DNA of 57,742 bases from an uncultured Flavobacteriales bacterium (lineage in GTDB: Bacteria; Bacteroidota; Bacteroidia; Flavobacteriales; BACL11). Both the position numbers and the translations under genes were made by a program. This document shows, in pieces, positions 47,907-57,143 of this stretch. The notes under the pieces are model-generated. The model did no database searches. It was not told the origin of the DNA and saw only the letters and a list, made by a program, of their open reading frames with translations. Position 1 is the first letter of the stretch. Each line of letters opens with the position of its first letter. The DNA is taken from contig CAJWRW010000004.1 of the NCBI GenBank assembly GCA_913046315.1, positions 1 to 57,742 of the forward strand, in the 5' to 3' direction.

Positions 47907-48420
47907 GGTAGTTCAAAGTGGTGGTATTATTTTGTATCCTACTGATACAATTTGGGGTGTTGGCTGTGACGCAACAGATGAACAAGCAGTAGAAAAAGTT
48001 TATGAAATCAAAAAAAGAAATGAGAGTAAAGCACTAATTTCTTTGGTTTCTACAAAAGAAGATCTAACTAAAATTACTCAAAACATTCCTATTGAAGCGG
48101 AAAACAAAAATCCGACCACTATCATTTATAATGAAATTAATGGTCTAGCAAAAAACCTACTTGCTGAAAATGGCTCAGCAGCAATTCGCATTGTGCAAGA
48201 TGAATTTTGCAAAAGACTTATTGCTAAACTTAACAAACCAATAGTATCTACATCTGCCAATTTAAGTGGAACACCCTCTCCTACTCAATTTACAGAAATA
48301 GCAGATGAAATAAAAAATACTGTTGATTATATCGTAAATTTGCGACAAAATGAAATTATGACAACTCCTTCTGAAATTTTACTCATAAATACAGATGGAA
48401 GCCTTAAAAGAATTAGATAG
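47878..48420 (+). CDS. tsaC: L-threonylcarbamoyladenylate synthase (YrdC/TsaC, short form)
   Basis: YPTDTIWG, KKR, STSAN. Confidence 0.93.
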   Translation: MEKEIKKAVEVVQSGGIILYPTDTIWGVGCDATDEQAVEKVYEIKKRNESKALISLVSTKEDLTKITQNIPIEAENKNPTTIIYNEINGLAKNLLAENGSAAIRIVQDEFCKRLIAKLNKPIVSTSANLSGTPSPTQFTEIADEIKNTVDYIVNLRQNEIMTTPSEILLINTDGSLKRIR

Positions 48421-50759
48421 TGAATTATAGTTCAAGATTAGAAAATCCTATTTTCTTGAAAATACAAACTGTAGCTGATGAGCTAAACTACCCTGCTTTT
48501 GTAGTTGGTGGATGGGTTAGAGATATGCTGCTAAACAGAGAACAAAAAAAGACTGATATTGATTTCGTTTGTGTTGGAAGCGGTATTAAACTTGCAGAAA
48601 AGGTTGCGGAACAATTAGGCAAAAATACAACATTTAAGGTTTTTAAGAATTTCGGTACTGCAGTGATTAATTTCAATGGGGAAAATTACGAATTTGTTGG
48701 AGCTAGAAAAGAATCTTATCGGGACAACAGTAGAAAACCAATTGTTGAAGATGGTAGCTTAGAAGATGATCAGAACAGGAGAGATTTTACAATTAACGCC
48801 ATCTCTATTCAGCTCAATAAAGCAAATTTTGGCTTACTAATCGATCCTTTTAACGGTAAAAAGGATTTGGAAAAAAAAATTATCCGCACACCCTTAAATC
48901 CTAACATCACTTATTCTGACGATCCGCTTAGGATGATGCGTGCAATTCGTTTTGCCAATCAGTTAAGCTTTCAAATTGAAGAAGAATCGTTTGAAGCAAT
49001 TAAGCAAAATACGGAAAGATTAAAAATTATCTCAACTGAAAGAATTACTGATGAATTTAATAAAATTATGCTTTGTAACAAGCCTTCTTACGGCATCAAC
49101 TTGTTGTTTGAAACAGGCTTATTAAATCAATTTTTCCCTCAGCTTTTCAACCTTCAAGGTGTTGATATTAAAAATGGGAGAGCACACAAAGACAATTTTT
49201 ATCATACGTTAGAAGTATTGGATAATATTGCAAAAAATACAGATGATTTATGGCTTAGATGGGCAGCTCTTTTACATGATATAGCAAAGCCAAGAACAAA
49301 AAAATATTTTGAAAAGCAAGGTTGGACTTTTCATGGACATGAGTTTTTTGGATCGAAAATGGTACCTAAAATTTTTAAAAATCTGAAACTTCCATTAAAT
49401 GAAAAAATGAAATATGTACAAAAATTGGTTTTACTGCATTTACGCCCAATTGTACTTGCTCAAGATATTGTTACCGATTCTGCGATAAGACGATTACTTT
49501 TTGATGCTCGAGATGATATTGATGATTTGATGATGCTCTGTGATGCTGACATAACTTCTAAGAATCCGAATAAAGTAAAAAAGTATCTTAAAAATTTTCA
49601 ATTGGTGAGAAAAAAACTAAAAGAGGTTGAAGAAAAAGATCATATTCGGAATTTTCAACCACCAATTGATGGAGTTGAAATCATGCAATTTTTTGGCATA
49701 AGTGCGGGAAGAGAGATTGGGATCATTAAAAATGCCATTAAAGAGGCTATTTTAGATGGAGAGATTAAAAATAATAAAGAAGAAGCCAGAAAATTCATGA
49801 TTGCAAAAGGAGCTGAAATTAACCTTAGTCCAAAAAAAAGAAATAAAATATTGACAAAAAAAGCGAAAAGTAAAAAACGCTTGATTGTAATTTCCGGGGC
49901 AACTGCAATAGGAAAAACAGCTCTTAGTATAAAATTAGCACAACATTTTAATACCGAAATAGTTTCTGCAGACTCAAGACAATTTTACAAGGAATTAAAA
50001 ATTGGAGCAGCTCCTCCTTCAAAAAAGGAATTAGCAAAAGTAGGACATCATTTTATTCAACATTTATCGGTAAAAGAAGACTATAATGTAGGACGTTTTG
50101 AGAAAGAGGCTATTGAAAAAATAGAAGAACTATTCTTGAAAAATGAAGTTGTGATAATGGTTGGCGGTTCAGGCCTTTACATTGATGCTATTTGTAATGG
50201 GCTAGATGTTTTTCCAGATATTGATCAAAAGATAAAACAAGCGTATATAACAAAATATAAAAGTGAAGGAATCAAGTTTCTGCAAAACGAATTAAAACAA
50301 AAGGATCCACTTTATTATGAGATCACGGATATTAATAATCATCAAAGGTTAATACGCGCACTATCTGTAATAAAAGAAAGCGGAAAAACATTTTCCTCTT
50401 TCAGAAAGAATAAATCTATATTAAGGAATTTTGAAATTCAGCATTACTTTCTAGAAATGAATAGAGAAAATTTGTATGATAAAATCAACCTAAGGGCAGA
50501 TAAAATGATACAAGCAGGCTTGCTAAAAGAAGTAGAAAGCTTATTAAACTTCAGAAGTAAAAATGCGCTACAAACAGTCGGTTATAAAGAGTTATTTGAA
50601 TATTTTGATGGAAAAATAAGCCTTGATGAGGCCATAGAGAAAATCAAAAGAAATAGCAGAAGATTTGCAAAAAGGCAAATATCTTGGTTTAAAAGAGATG
50701 AGAATATTTGCAGGATTGAAGAAGAAAATGCTTTTGAAAAGATTATCGAATTATTGTAA
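48420..50759 (+). CDS. cca-miaA: In-frame fusion of an HD-domain CCA tRNA nucleotidyltransferase (about aa 1-472) and tRNA dimethylallyltransferase MiaA (about aa 478-779)
   Basis: GGWVRD, DIDF, RRDFTINA, DDPLRMMRA.RF, LLHDIAK; then GATAIGKT, SADSRQ, VGGSGLY, VGYKE, AKRQ.SWF; no stop between the halves. Confidence 0.9.
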   Translation: MNYSSRLENPIFLKIQTVADELNYPAFVVGGWVRDMLLNREQKKTDIDFVCVGSGIKLAEKVAEQLGKNTTFKVFKNFGTAVINFNGENYEFVGARKESYRDNSRKPIVEDGSLEDDQNRRDFTINAISIQLNKANFGLLIDPFNGKKDLEKKIIRTPLNPNITYSDDPLRMMRAIRFANQLSFQIEEESFEAIKQNTERLKIISTERITDEFNKIMLCNKPSYGINLLFETGLLNQFFPQLFNLQGVDIKNGRAHKDNFYHTLEVLDNIAKNTDDLWLRWAALLHDIAKPRTKKYFEKQGWTFHGHEFFGSKMVPKIFKNLKLPLNEKMKYVQKLVLLHLRPIVLAQDIVTDSAIRRLLFDARDDIDDLMMLCDADITSKNPNKVKKYLKNFQLVRKKLKEVEEKDHIRNFQPPIDGVEIMQFFGISAGREIGIIKNAIKEAILDGEIKNNKEEARKFMIAKGAEINLSPKKRNKILTKKAKSKKRLIVISGATAIGKTALSIKLAQHFNTEIVSADSRQFYKELKIGAAPPSKKELAKVGHHFIQHLSVKEDYNVGRFEKEAIEKIEELFLKNEVVIMVGGSGLYIDAICNGLDVFPDIDQKIKQAYITKYKSEGIKFLQNELKQKDPLYYEITDINNHQRLIRALSVIKESGKTFSSFRKNKSILRNFEIQHYFLEMNRENLYDKINLRADKMIQAGLLKEVESLLNFRSKNALQTVGYKELFEYFDGKISLDEAIEKIKRNSRRFAKRQISWFKRDENICRIEEENAFEKIIELL

Positions 50760-53700
50760 CCGTTCCTCTAATAGGATCTACACTTCCTTTTAGCGTTATC
50801 ACATAAAAATAGGCACCATCAGGAACTGCTTTTCCCTTTTTATTTGTGCCATCCCAAGGCGTTTCGTAACCCACAGATTCATACATCTTTTTTCCAAACC
50901 TACCATAAATAGTTATGGTTGATTCTTGATACAAGAAAGAATCCTCTAATTCCCAATTGTCATTTACATTATCGCCATTTGGAGAAAACACATTTGGAAT
51001 ACAATCTGGTCCAATTGCGGCAATTTGAACAGAAGTGTCTAACTGACATCCGTTCCTGTCATACAAACTTACCTGATAAGTACCAGGATTGAGATTATCC
51101 TCTAACCTATCTAAAGTGTCTCCTGTTGACCATAAAAATCTAAAATTAGGCGTTCCTCCGCTAGGATTAACAATAATACTACCATCAAAATCATCTTCAC
51201 AATCTACTATACTTACATCAGGGCTTAGTATTACTGATAGCGGATCAATGGTAAAACCTTCAGTGTATGGACAAGCAATAGGTCCTCCGTTTGCAGTTAC
51301 AGTTACTGAGTGATATCCTTCACAAAGACTATCAGCAGTTGGAGTAGTTTGTCCATTAGTCCATAAATAAGAAAATGGACCGATTCCCCAACTAGAATCA
51401 ATTACAGTGGATGTAGCGGCATCTACTAACTGATTTACATTATACAAAACATCAATGGAGAAGGTGTCTTCACAATTCTTACTATCTGTTACTGTAATGG
51501 GATAATTCCCTTGACACAAACCTTGAATAGAATCTCCTGTCATTGAGATAGAAGTCCAATCAATATTAAAAGGAGCATAGGCTCCACTTATAACAACAGT
51601 AGACCAAAGTGATAAATAATCATAAAAACCATTTGCTGATACCGTATTAGTCATTTGATTAAGCGTGTAGCTTGCAGTAGTTGTAAGCCCACAATCATCT
51701 GTAATGAGAATTGTATAATTACCATAACCAATTCCTGAAATATCTTCAGTTCCCTGTCCATTACTCCAACTATAAATGTAAGGTTTAAAACCGCCACTTA
51801 CAGTTATATCGATTGCACCATCATCATCAGAACAGGATGGCTGTACTAAATTAAAATTATCAATATTTAATGTAGATATAAAAGGTGCTAACTCAACCGA
51901 TAAAGAATCTTTTATACCACATGAATCTACAACAACAACCCAATATATACCTGCACTAAGTCCAGCAACAGAAGTCCCATTATCTCCCGTGCTCCATTGA
52001 ATCTGATAAGGTAGTGTTCCCCCATTAATTATTACATCAATAGTTCCATCATTTCCCAAACAAGATGGATTCACAGGATTAGTATCTACTGTTAATGGAT
52101 CAGGACTTGCAATAAAAACAGTTGCTGAATCTTCACAGCCAACATCATCACTTACTAAGATCTGGTGCATTCCCCTACCGACAATTGTTTGATTTGTCGT
52201 GTCACCATTATCCCATAAAATATCGTAATTACCACTTGCAGTTGTACCCGCTGAAATATTTGCAGTAATAGCTGTGAGCTCACCATAACAAGATAAAGAA
52301 GAAGTATAATTAGTAAATGAAATAATTAAGGAATCGGTACTTTGCAAAGGGATAGAATCACTCATCTCACAGCCTATTGAATCTGTAATTGTTAAAGCAT
52401 ACAATCCAACTTGTAAGTTTGTAAGACTATCAATTGTATCTCCACTACTCCATAAAAAAGAATATGGCCATATACCACCACTAATACTTGCATTAATAGT
52501 ACCATTTGCATGATTAAGACAGCTTGGATTTCTGCTATCAAAAATTATGTTAATTATTGGATTCTCAGTAATAGTGTAACTACTATTTGGATATGAACAA
52601 CCCAAAGAATCATTAATCAAAACAGCATAAGTACCAACATTTAGTGCCATTGGATTTATGCCTAATCCCCAATCAATAGTAATTTGTCCTGTTCCGCCAC
52701 TTATTTGCAAAAACACTTGCCCTGTACTATCTCCATTACAATCTACATTAATGATAGAATCTGTAACCGTAATTGCTGGAGGTGTAATTACATGAATGCC
52801 ATTGGTAGAATCTAAACAGCCATTAGCATCATATATAAATACCTTGTTAAACCCTCCTGCTACATAAATTGAATCTGAAGTTGATCCATCTGACCATTCG
52901 TAAATATAAGGTCCATTGCCTCCAAAAATAGAATCTAAATATATCCATGTACTATCATAAGAGCACAGTGGAAAAGTATTTGAAGAAATACTTGCAACAA
53001 TTGAGTCTGGTTGCGGGATAAAGATTGTTGTATCTAAAATACAGCCAAATGAATCAACTACTGAAATTAAATAACTTCCAGGAAAAAGATTTACAGCTGA
53101 TATACTATCTACAGAAGATGATATAGCTGAATTAGCAATTATATTACTAGCTCCATTTGTATCACTGAAAGCTATAGTATCATTACTCTTAATAATGTAA
53201 TATGAGTACTGCTTGTTAGTAGTAAACTTTCTTCCTCCCGTTACGTAAAAATGAACATCTGTAGAATAACCAAAACAATCAACACTATCAACAACAATAG
53301 TATCAAATACTAATGGATGTGGTGAATAAATAATTGACATACTAGTATCATAACATCCGACAGAATCACTAACTATTACTTTATATTGACCAACTGGAAG
53401 ATTGGCATGAATCGTATCGTCCTGACCATAAGAGAACGATACTCCATCTTTGTACCACTCATAATTGTACGGAGGCGAGCCTGAATGCCCTTTACTTTTT
53501 AACTCACCTGTAGAGTCTCCAACACATCTTACATTGATGTGATCTGAGGATATTCCAAGTGGACAACCTATAAATCGTACTGCCGTATCACAAAAAACAC
53601 CATTATGATCGTATACCTTTACATAAAAAGAACCACAAGTATCTGAAATCAAAGAATCATTAATAGAAACAAGCATGTTAGAACTATTATACCATTCATA

Positions 53701-54117
53701 TGTAAAAGGGGTGTTTGTGGCAATAATTACTGCTTTCATCCCAGAACTTATATGAGGTTGACAAACATAATAATAGGTACCAATACTGTTTATCAATATA
53801 CTGCCTCCACCTGATGCTACAGCAAAACCTCCATTTGAGGTTGTATCATTTGCTAACCAAGTTGATTGACTGACTTCCACAGCATTATGAAGTGCTCCAA
53901 GTTGAAACTTAACAGAATCTCCAACATTAACATATAATGTGTCAATCGAAAAAGATAACCCTTGATTTTTTATATTAGGGATTTTATATATAGGCATAAC
54001 AACTCCTAATGAATCATAACAATTAATTTTTGTTATATGAAAAGTGTCTTTAACACATTGCGCATTAGAAAAAAGACAATAGCAAACAAAAATTAATGAA
54101 AAAAGTAATCGAATCAT
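50743..54117 (-). CDS. T9SS type-B CTD (gliding motility-associated) protein with SprB repeats and an N-terminal cupredoxin domain
   Basis: Signal peptide; H77-C119-H122-M127; many C...G.I...GG..PY..W..G repeats; IPNVFSPNGD..ND...WDG...GAYFY...G.V.IIR. Confidence 0.9.
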   Translation of the reverse strand: MIRLLFSLIFVCYCLFSNAQCVKDTFHITKINCYDSLGVVMPIYKIPNIKNQGLSFSIDTLYVNVGDSVKFQLGALHNAVEVSQSTWLANDTTSNGGFAVASGGGSILINSIGTYYYVCQPHISSGMKAVIIATNTPFTYEWYNSSNMLVSINDSLISDTCGSFYVKVYDHNGVFCDTAVRFIGCPLGISSDHINVRCVGDSTGELKSKGHSGSPPYNYEWYKDGVSFSYGQDDTIHANLPVGQYKVIVSDSVGCYDTSMSIIYSPHPLVFDTIVVDSVDCFGYSTDVHFYVTGGRKFTTNKQYSYYIIKSNDTIAFSDTNGASNIIANSAISSSVDSISAVNLFPGSYLISVVDSFGCILDTTIFIPQPDSIVASISSNTFPLCSYDSTWIYLDSIFGGNGPYIYEWSDGSTSDSIYVAGGFNKVFIYDANGCLDSTNGIHVITPPAITVTDSIINVDCNGDSTGQVFLQISGGTGQITIDWGLGINPMALNVGTYAVLINDSLGCSYPNSSYTITENPIINIIFDSRNPSCLNHANGTINASISGGIWPYSFLWSSGDTIDSLTNLQVGLYALTITDSIGCEMSDSIPLQSTDSLIISFTNYTSSLSCYGELTAITANISAGTTASGNYDILWDNGDTTNQTIVGRGMHQILVSDDVGCEDSATVFIASPDPLTVDTNPVNPSCLGNDGTIDVIINGGTLPYQIQWSTGDNGTSVAGLSAGIYWVVVVDSCGIKDSLSVELAPFISTLNIDNFNLVQPSCSDDDGAIDITVSGGFKPYIYSWSNGQGTEDISGIGYGNYTILITDDCGLTTTASYTLNQMTNTVSANGFYDYLSLWSTVVISGAYAPFNIDWTSISMTGDSIQGLCQGNYPITVTDSKNCEDTFSIDVLYNVNQLVDAATSTVIDSSWGIGPFSYLWTNGQTTPTADSLCEGYHSVTVTANGGPIACPYTEGFTIDPLSVILSPDVSIVDCEDDFDGSIIVNPSGGTPNFRFLWSTGDTLDRLEDNLNPGTYQVSLYDRNGCQLDTSVQIAAIGPDCIPNVFSPNGDNVNDNWELEDSFLYQESTITIYGRFGKKMYESVGYETPWDGTNKKGKAVPDGAYFYVITLKGSVDPIRGTVTIIR

Positions 54118-54153
54118 GCTTCCTGCAAAATAAGTTATGCAAATATATCTTTT

Positions 54154-55074
54154 TTAGATTAAATCAAAATCGAAAGTAGCACCATCAATTGCTAATATTG
54201 TATTCTCAAAAATTGATTTTGCTTCATTTAAAACAATATTTAGATTATTATACCTAGAGGAAAAATGTCCAATTAACAATTGTTTTACATTGGCTTGTTT
54301 TGCTAAAGTTGCGGCATCAATTGTTGTGGAATGTCCTGTTTGAATAGCTTTATCTTTTAAATCTTGCATGAATGTTGTTTCATGATAAAGCAGTGTCACT
54401 CCTTTTATTTTTTCAGCATTTGTCGCAACATAAGTGGTGTCCGAACAGAAAGCATAAGAATGTGGGGTTTTTGCAACAACAGTTAATTCATCATTTGGAA
54501 TAATTCTACCGTCTTTTAATTTAAAATCTGCACCTTTTTTGATTTCTGGAATTTTTTCAACAGTAATACCGTAAGTCTCTATTTTTTCTTTTAGAATATT
54601 CTTAGTAGATTTTTTTTCCCTAAACAAAAATCCACTAGAATCAATGCTGTGCTTTAGCATGAGGCTACTAATTACAATCTGCTCATCTTCAAACAAAATC
54701 TTCTCTTTATCAGTAGGGATTGGATGAAAAAAAAGTGGGAACTTTAATTCTGTATTTGAAGCTTGAAATTGCAAATCAATTATTTCTTTTAAGGGTTGGT
54801 GTGCATATAAATTCAACTCTTTTGTTCTTCCTAATAGGTGCATGGTGTTTATAAGTCCAATCAAACCAAAATAATGATCTCCATGCAAATGAGAAATAAA
54901 TATATGATTGATTTTATGGACTTTTATTTTGTTTTTCAGCAATTGTATTTGTGTTCCCTCTCCGCAATCAATTAAAAAAAACCGCTCATCTGCATTGAGT
55001 AGTTGAGCGGTTGGGTGCTTTTTAACGGTTGGGATTGCTGAATTAGAACCTAAAATCGTTAATTTAAATGACAT
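54154..55074 (-). CDS. rnz: Ribonuclease Z
   Basis: ILGS.SA.P, DCGEG, HLHGDH, HET, GHS, HFSSRY. Confidence 0.96.
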   Translation of the reverse strand: MSFKLTILGSNSAIPTVKKHPTAQLLNADERFFLIDCGEGTQIQLLKNKIKVHKINHIFISHLHGDHYFGLIGLINTMHLLGRTKELNLYAHQPLKEIIDLQFQASNTELKFPLFFHPIPTDKEKILFEDEQIVISSLMLKHSIDSSGFLFREKKSTKNILKEKIETYGITVEKIPEIKKGADFKLKDGRIIPNDELTVVAKTPHSYAFCSDTTYVATNAEKIKGVTLLYHETTFMQDLKDKAIQTGHSTTIDAATLAKQANVKQLLIGHFSSRYNNLNIVLNEAKSIFENTILAIDGATFDFDLI

Positions 55075-55877
55075 TATTTTTCAGCAACTATCATGCGTTT
55101 AGAAATTATTTGGCTTCCGTTATTTATACTATACATATAAATTCCTGCTGCAAAATCATGATTCAATTGATAGTTGTTTATTCCTTTTGAAGCAATAATT
55201 TTTTCAGTGAAGACTTTTCTTCCAAACATATCAACAACCTCAAATACTATATCATCAGATTTTGGTGAATTAAATTTTATATTGCTAAAGCGAGTAAAAG
55301 GATTTGGTGAGTTTTGAAAAACCATAAAATTATCATCATGAACTAACTCATATTGATTTGTAGAATTATTAATTACTAACTTATACCCTGTTATTTGTTC
55401 TGTAACAACAGTATCAACTGGTACTGGGAAAATGATAGTAATAGTTCCATGCGTATAAAGCTTAATATCTATTGTTAAAGGGTATACCCCAGTAGGGTCA
55501 TTAGTAGTTCCAGTAATTGCCGCACATGATAATGCATCACCAGGTATAACACAATTATTTGCTAAGCACGCAAGATTTAAACCAGCTGGCATTCCATTAA
55601 CAGAAACTAAAGCCATACTATCAACAGGCCAATCACCAACATATTGCCCTAAAACAGTAGTCTGAGATGAATCGTAACCAGCAGCCTCTATGACAGTAGA
55701 AGGCGTTTTAATGGTAATTGTTGCAGAATAATTAATCCCTTGTTGAACATGAGGTAAATTAACTACAGTATCAGGCCATAAGTTAAATAAGGAATCCTGA
55801 TATGGCAATGGGGTACATTGTGCTGTTGCTAAAATATAGCTAAATGATAGTGTTAAAATAAGTACAAATCTCTTCAT
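55074..55877 (-). CDS. T9SS type-A CTD secreted protein of unknown function
   Basis: Signal peptide ending TAQ; QNSPNPF...DMFGR...GIYMY...KRMIV. Confidence 0.85.
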   Translation of the reverse strand: MKRFVLILTLSFSYILATAQCTPLPYQDSLFNLWPDTVVNLPHVQQGINYSATITIKTPSTVIEAAGYDSSQTTVLGQYVGDWPVDSMALVSVNGMPAGLNLACLANNCVIPGDALSCAAITGTTNDPTGVYPLTIDIKLYTHGTITIIFPVPVDTVVTEQITGYKLVINNSTNQYELVHDDNFMVFQNSPNPFTRFSNIKFNSPKSDDIVFEVVDMFGRKVFTEKIIASKGINNYQLNHDFAAGIYMYSINNGSQIISKRMIVAEK

Positions 55878-55906
55878 GATTTATTGTTTTTTGTTATTAT
55901 TTAATA

Positions 55907-56215
55907 TTAAAAGTTGAGCTGTCTTTCTATTTCTTCCATTTCTATAAAATCTTGTGCTTCTTGTAAAGTAGGTACAATATTTAGTGTTTCGTCAAATGAA
56001 TACTTGCTTACCACTACAAATGTACCTTTATTCTTAGAGATTGTATTGCTAAATTTAGTTAAATTATTATTAATGGTGTTTAATATCTCAATATCAACAT
56101 CTGTAAAATCAGCAATAAAATTGGATATTTCATGAGTAACTGTAATATTATCAAGAGAATTATTACCAGCTAAAGTAAAAACCAATGTATGCCCATTAAT
56201 AATCTTATTTTCCAT
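55907..56215 (-). CDS. Conserved hypothetical protein (degenerate STAS-like) of the pyrB-rnz region
   Basis: C-terminal VPTLQEA.D.IEMEEIER.L motif typical of the small Flavobacteria gene upstream of rnz. Confidence 0.7.
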   Translation of the reverse strand: MENKIINGHTLVFTLAGNNSLDNITVTHEISNFIADFTDVDIEILNTINNNLTKFSNTISKNKGTFVVVSKYSFDETLNIVPTLQEAQDFIEMEEIERQLNF

Positions 56216-57143
56216 TTTTCTTGATTTTTCCTGCTAAAAGATATAATGCCGCCATACGAATTGCTACACCATTTTCCACCTGATCGAGAATAATAGCTTG
56301 TCCTGAATCTGCTACATGAGAGGTTAATTCAACTCCTCTATTTATTGGTCCTGGATGCATAATGGTGATTTCTTTATCCAAGTTCATTAATATATCTTTA
56401 TTAATTCCATATACCATAGCATACTCTCTTAATGAAGAGAAGTATTTCACATCTTGCCGTTCCAATTGAATTCTTAGCACATTAGCAACATCACACCAAT
56501 TAAGTGCCTCTTGAAGATTACTAAAATGTTTGACAGCTAAACTGCTAATATACTTTGGAATTAAAGTTGAAGGGCCACAAACTCGAACTTCAGCACCTAA
56601 TTTTTGTAAACAATAAATATTGGAAAGAGCAACCCTTGAATGCAGAATATCACCAATAATTACAATTTTTTTTCCTTTAACTTTTCCGTATTTCTCTCTA
56701 ATAGAATAAGCATCCAGAAGTGCTTGAGTGGGGTGTTCGTGTGTTCCGTCTCCTGCATTGATAATTTTTGCGTCAATATTTCTAGAAAGAAAAACTGATG
56801 CACCAGGATTTGGGTGTCGCATGACAACCATATCCACTTTCATGGCTAAAATATTATTAACGGTATCTATTAAAGTCTCACCTTTTTTAACAGATGAAGC
56901 ACCAGATGAAAAATTAATAACATCTGCTGAAAGTCGTTTTTCAGCAAGTTCAAAAGAGAGTTTTGTTCTAGTTGAATCCTCAAAAAACAAATTGGCAACC
57001 GTTATATCTCTTAATGAAGGAACTTTCTTAATAGGTTGATTTATGATACGTTTGAAATTATCTGCAGTTTTGAAAATTAAGGAAATATCATCTTTGGATA
57101 AGTATTTAATGCCTAGTAAATGATCTACTGATAATGTTTTCAT
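56205..57143 (-). CDS. pyrB: Aspartate carbamoyltransferase catalytic subunit
   Basis: FFEDSTRT, INAGDG.HEHPTQ, GDILHSRV, HPGP. Confidence 0.97.
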   Translation of the reverse strand: MKTLSVDHLLGIKYLSKDDISLIFKTADNFKRIINQPIKKVPSLRDITVANLFFEDSTRTKLSFELAEKRLSADVINFSSGASSVKKGETLIDTVNNILAMKVDMVVMRHPNPGASVFLSRNIDAKIINAGDGTHEHPTQALLDAYSIREKYGKVKGKKIVIIGDILHSRVALSNIYCLQKLGAEVRVCGPSTLIPKYISSLAVKHFSNLQEALNWCDVANVLRIQLERQDVKYFSSLREYAMVYGINKDILMNLDKEITIMHPGPINRGVELTSHVADSGQAIILDQVENGVAIRMAALYLLAGKIKKNGK

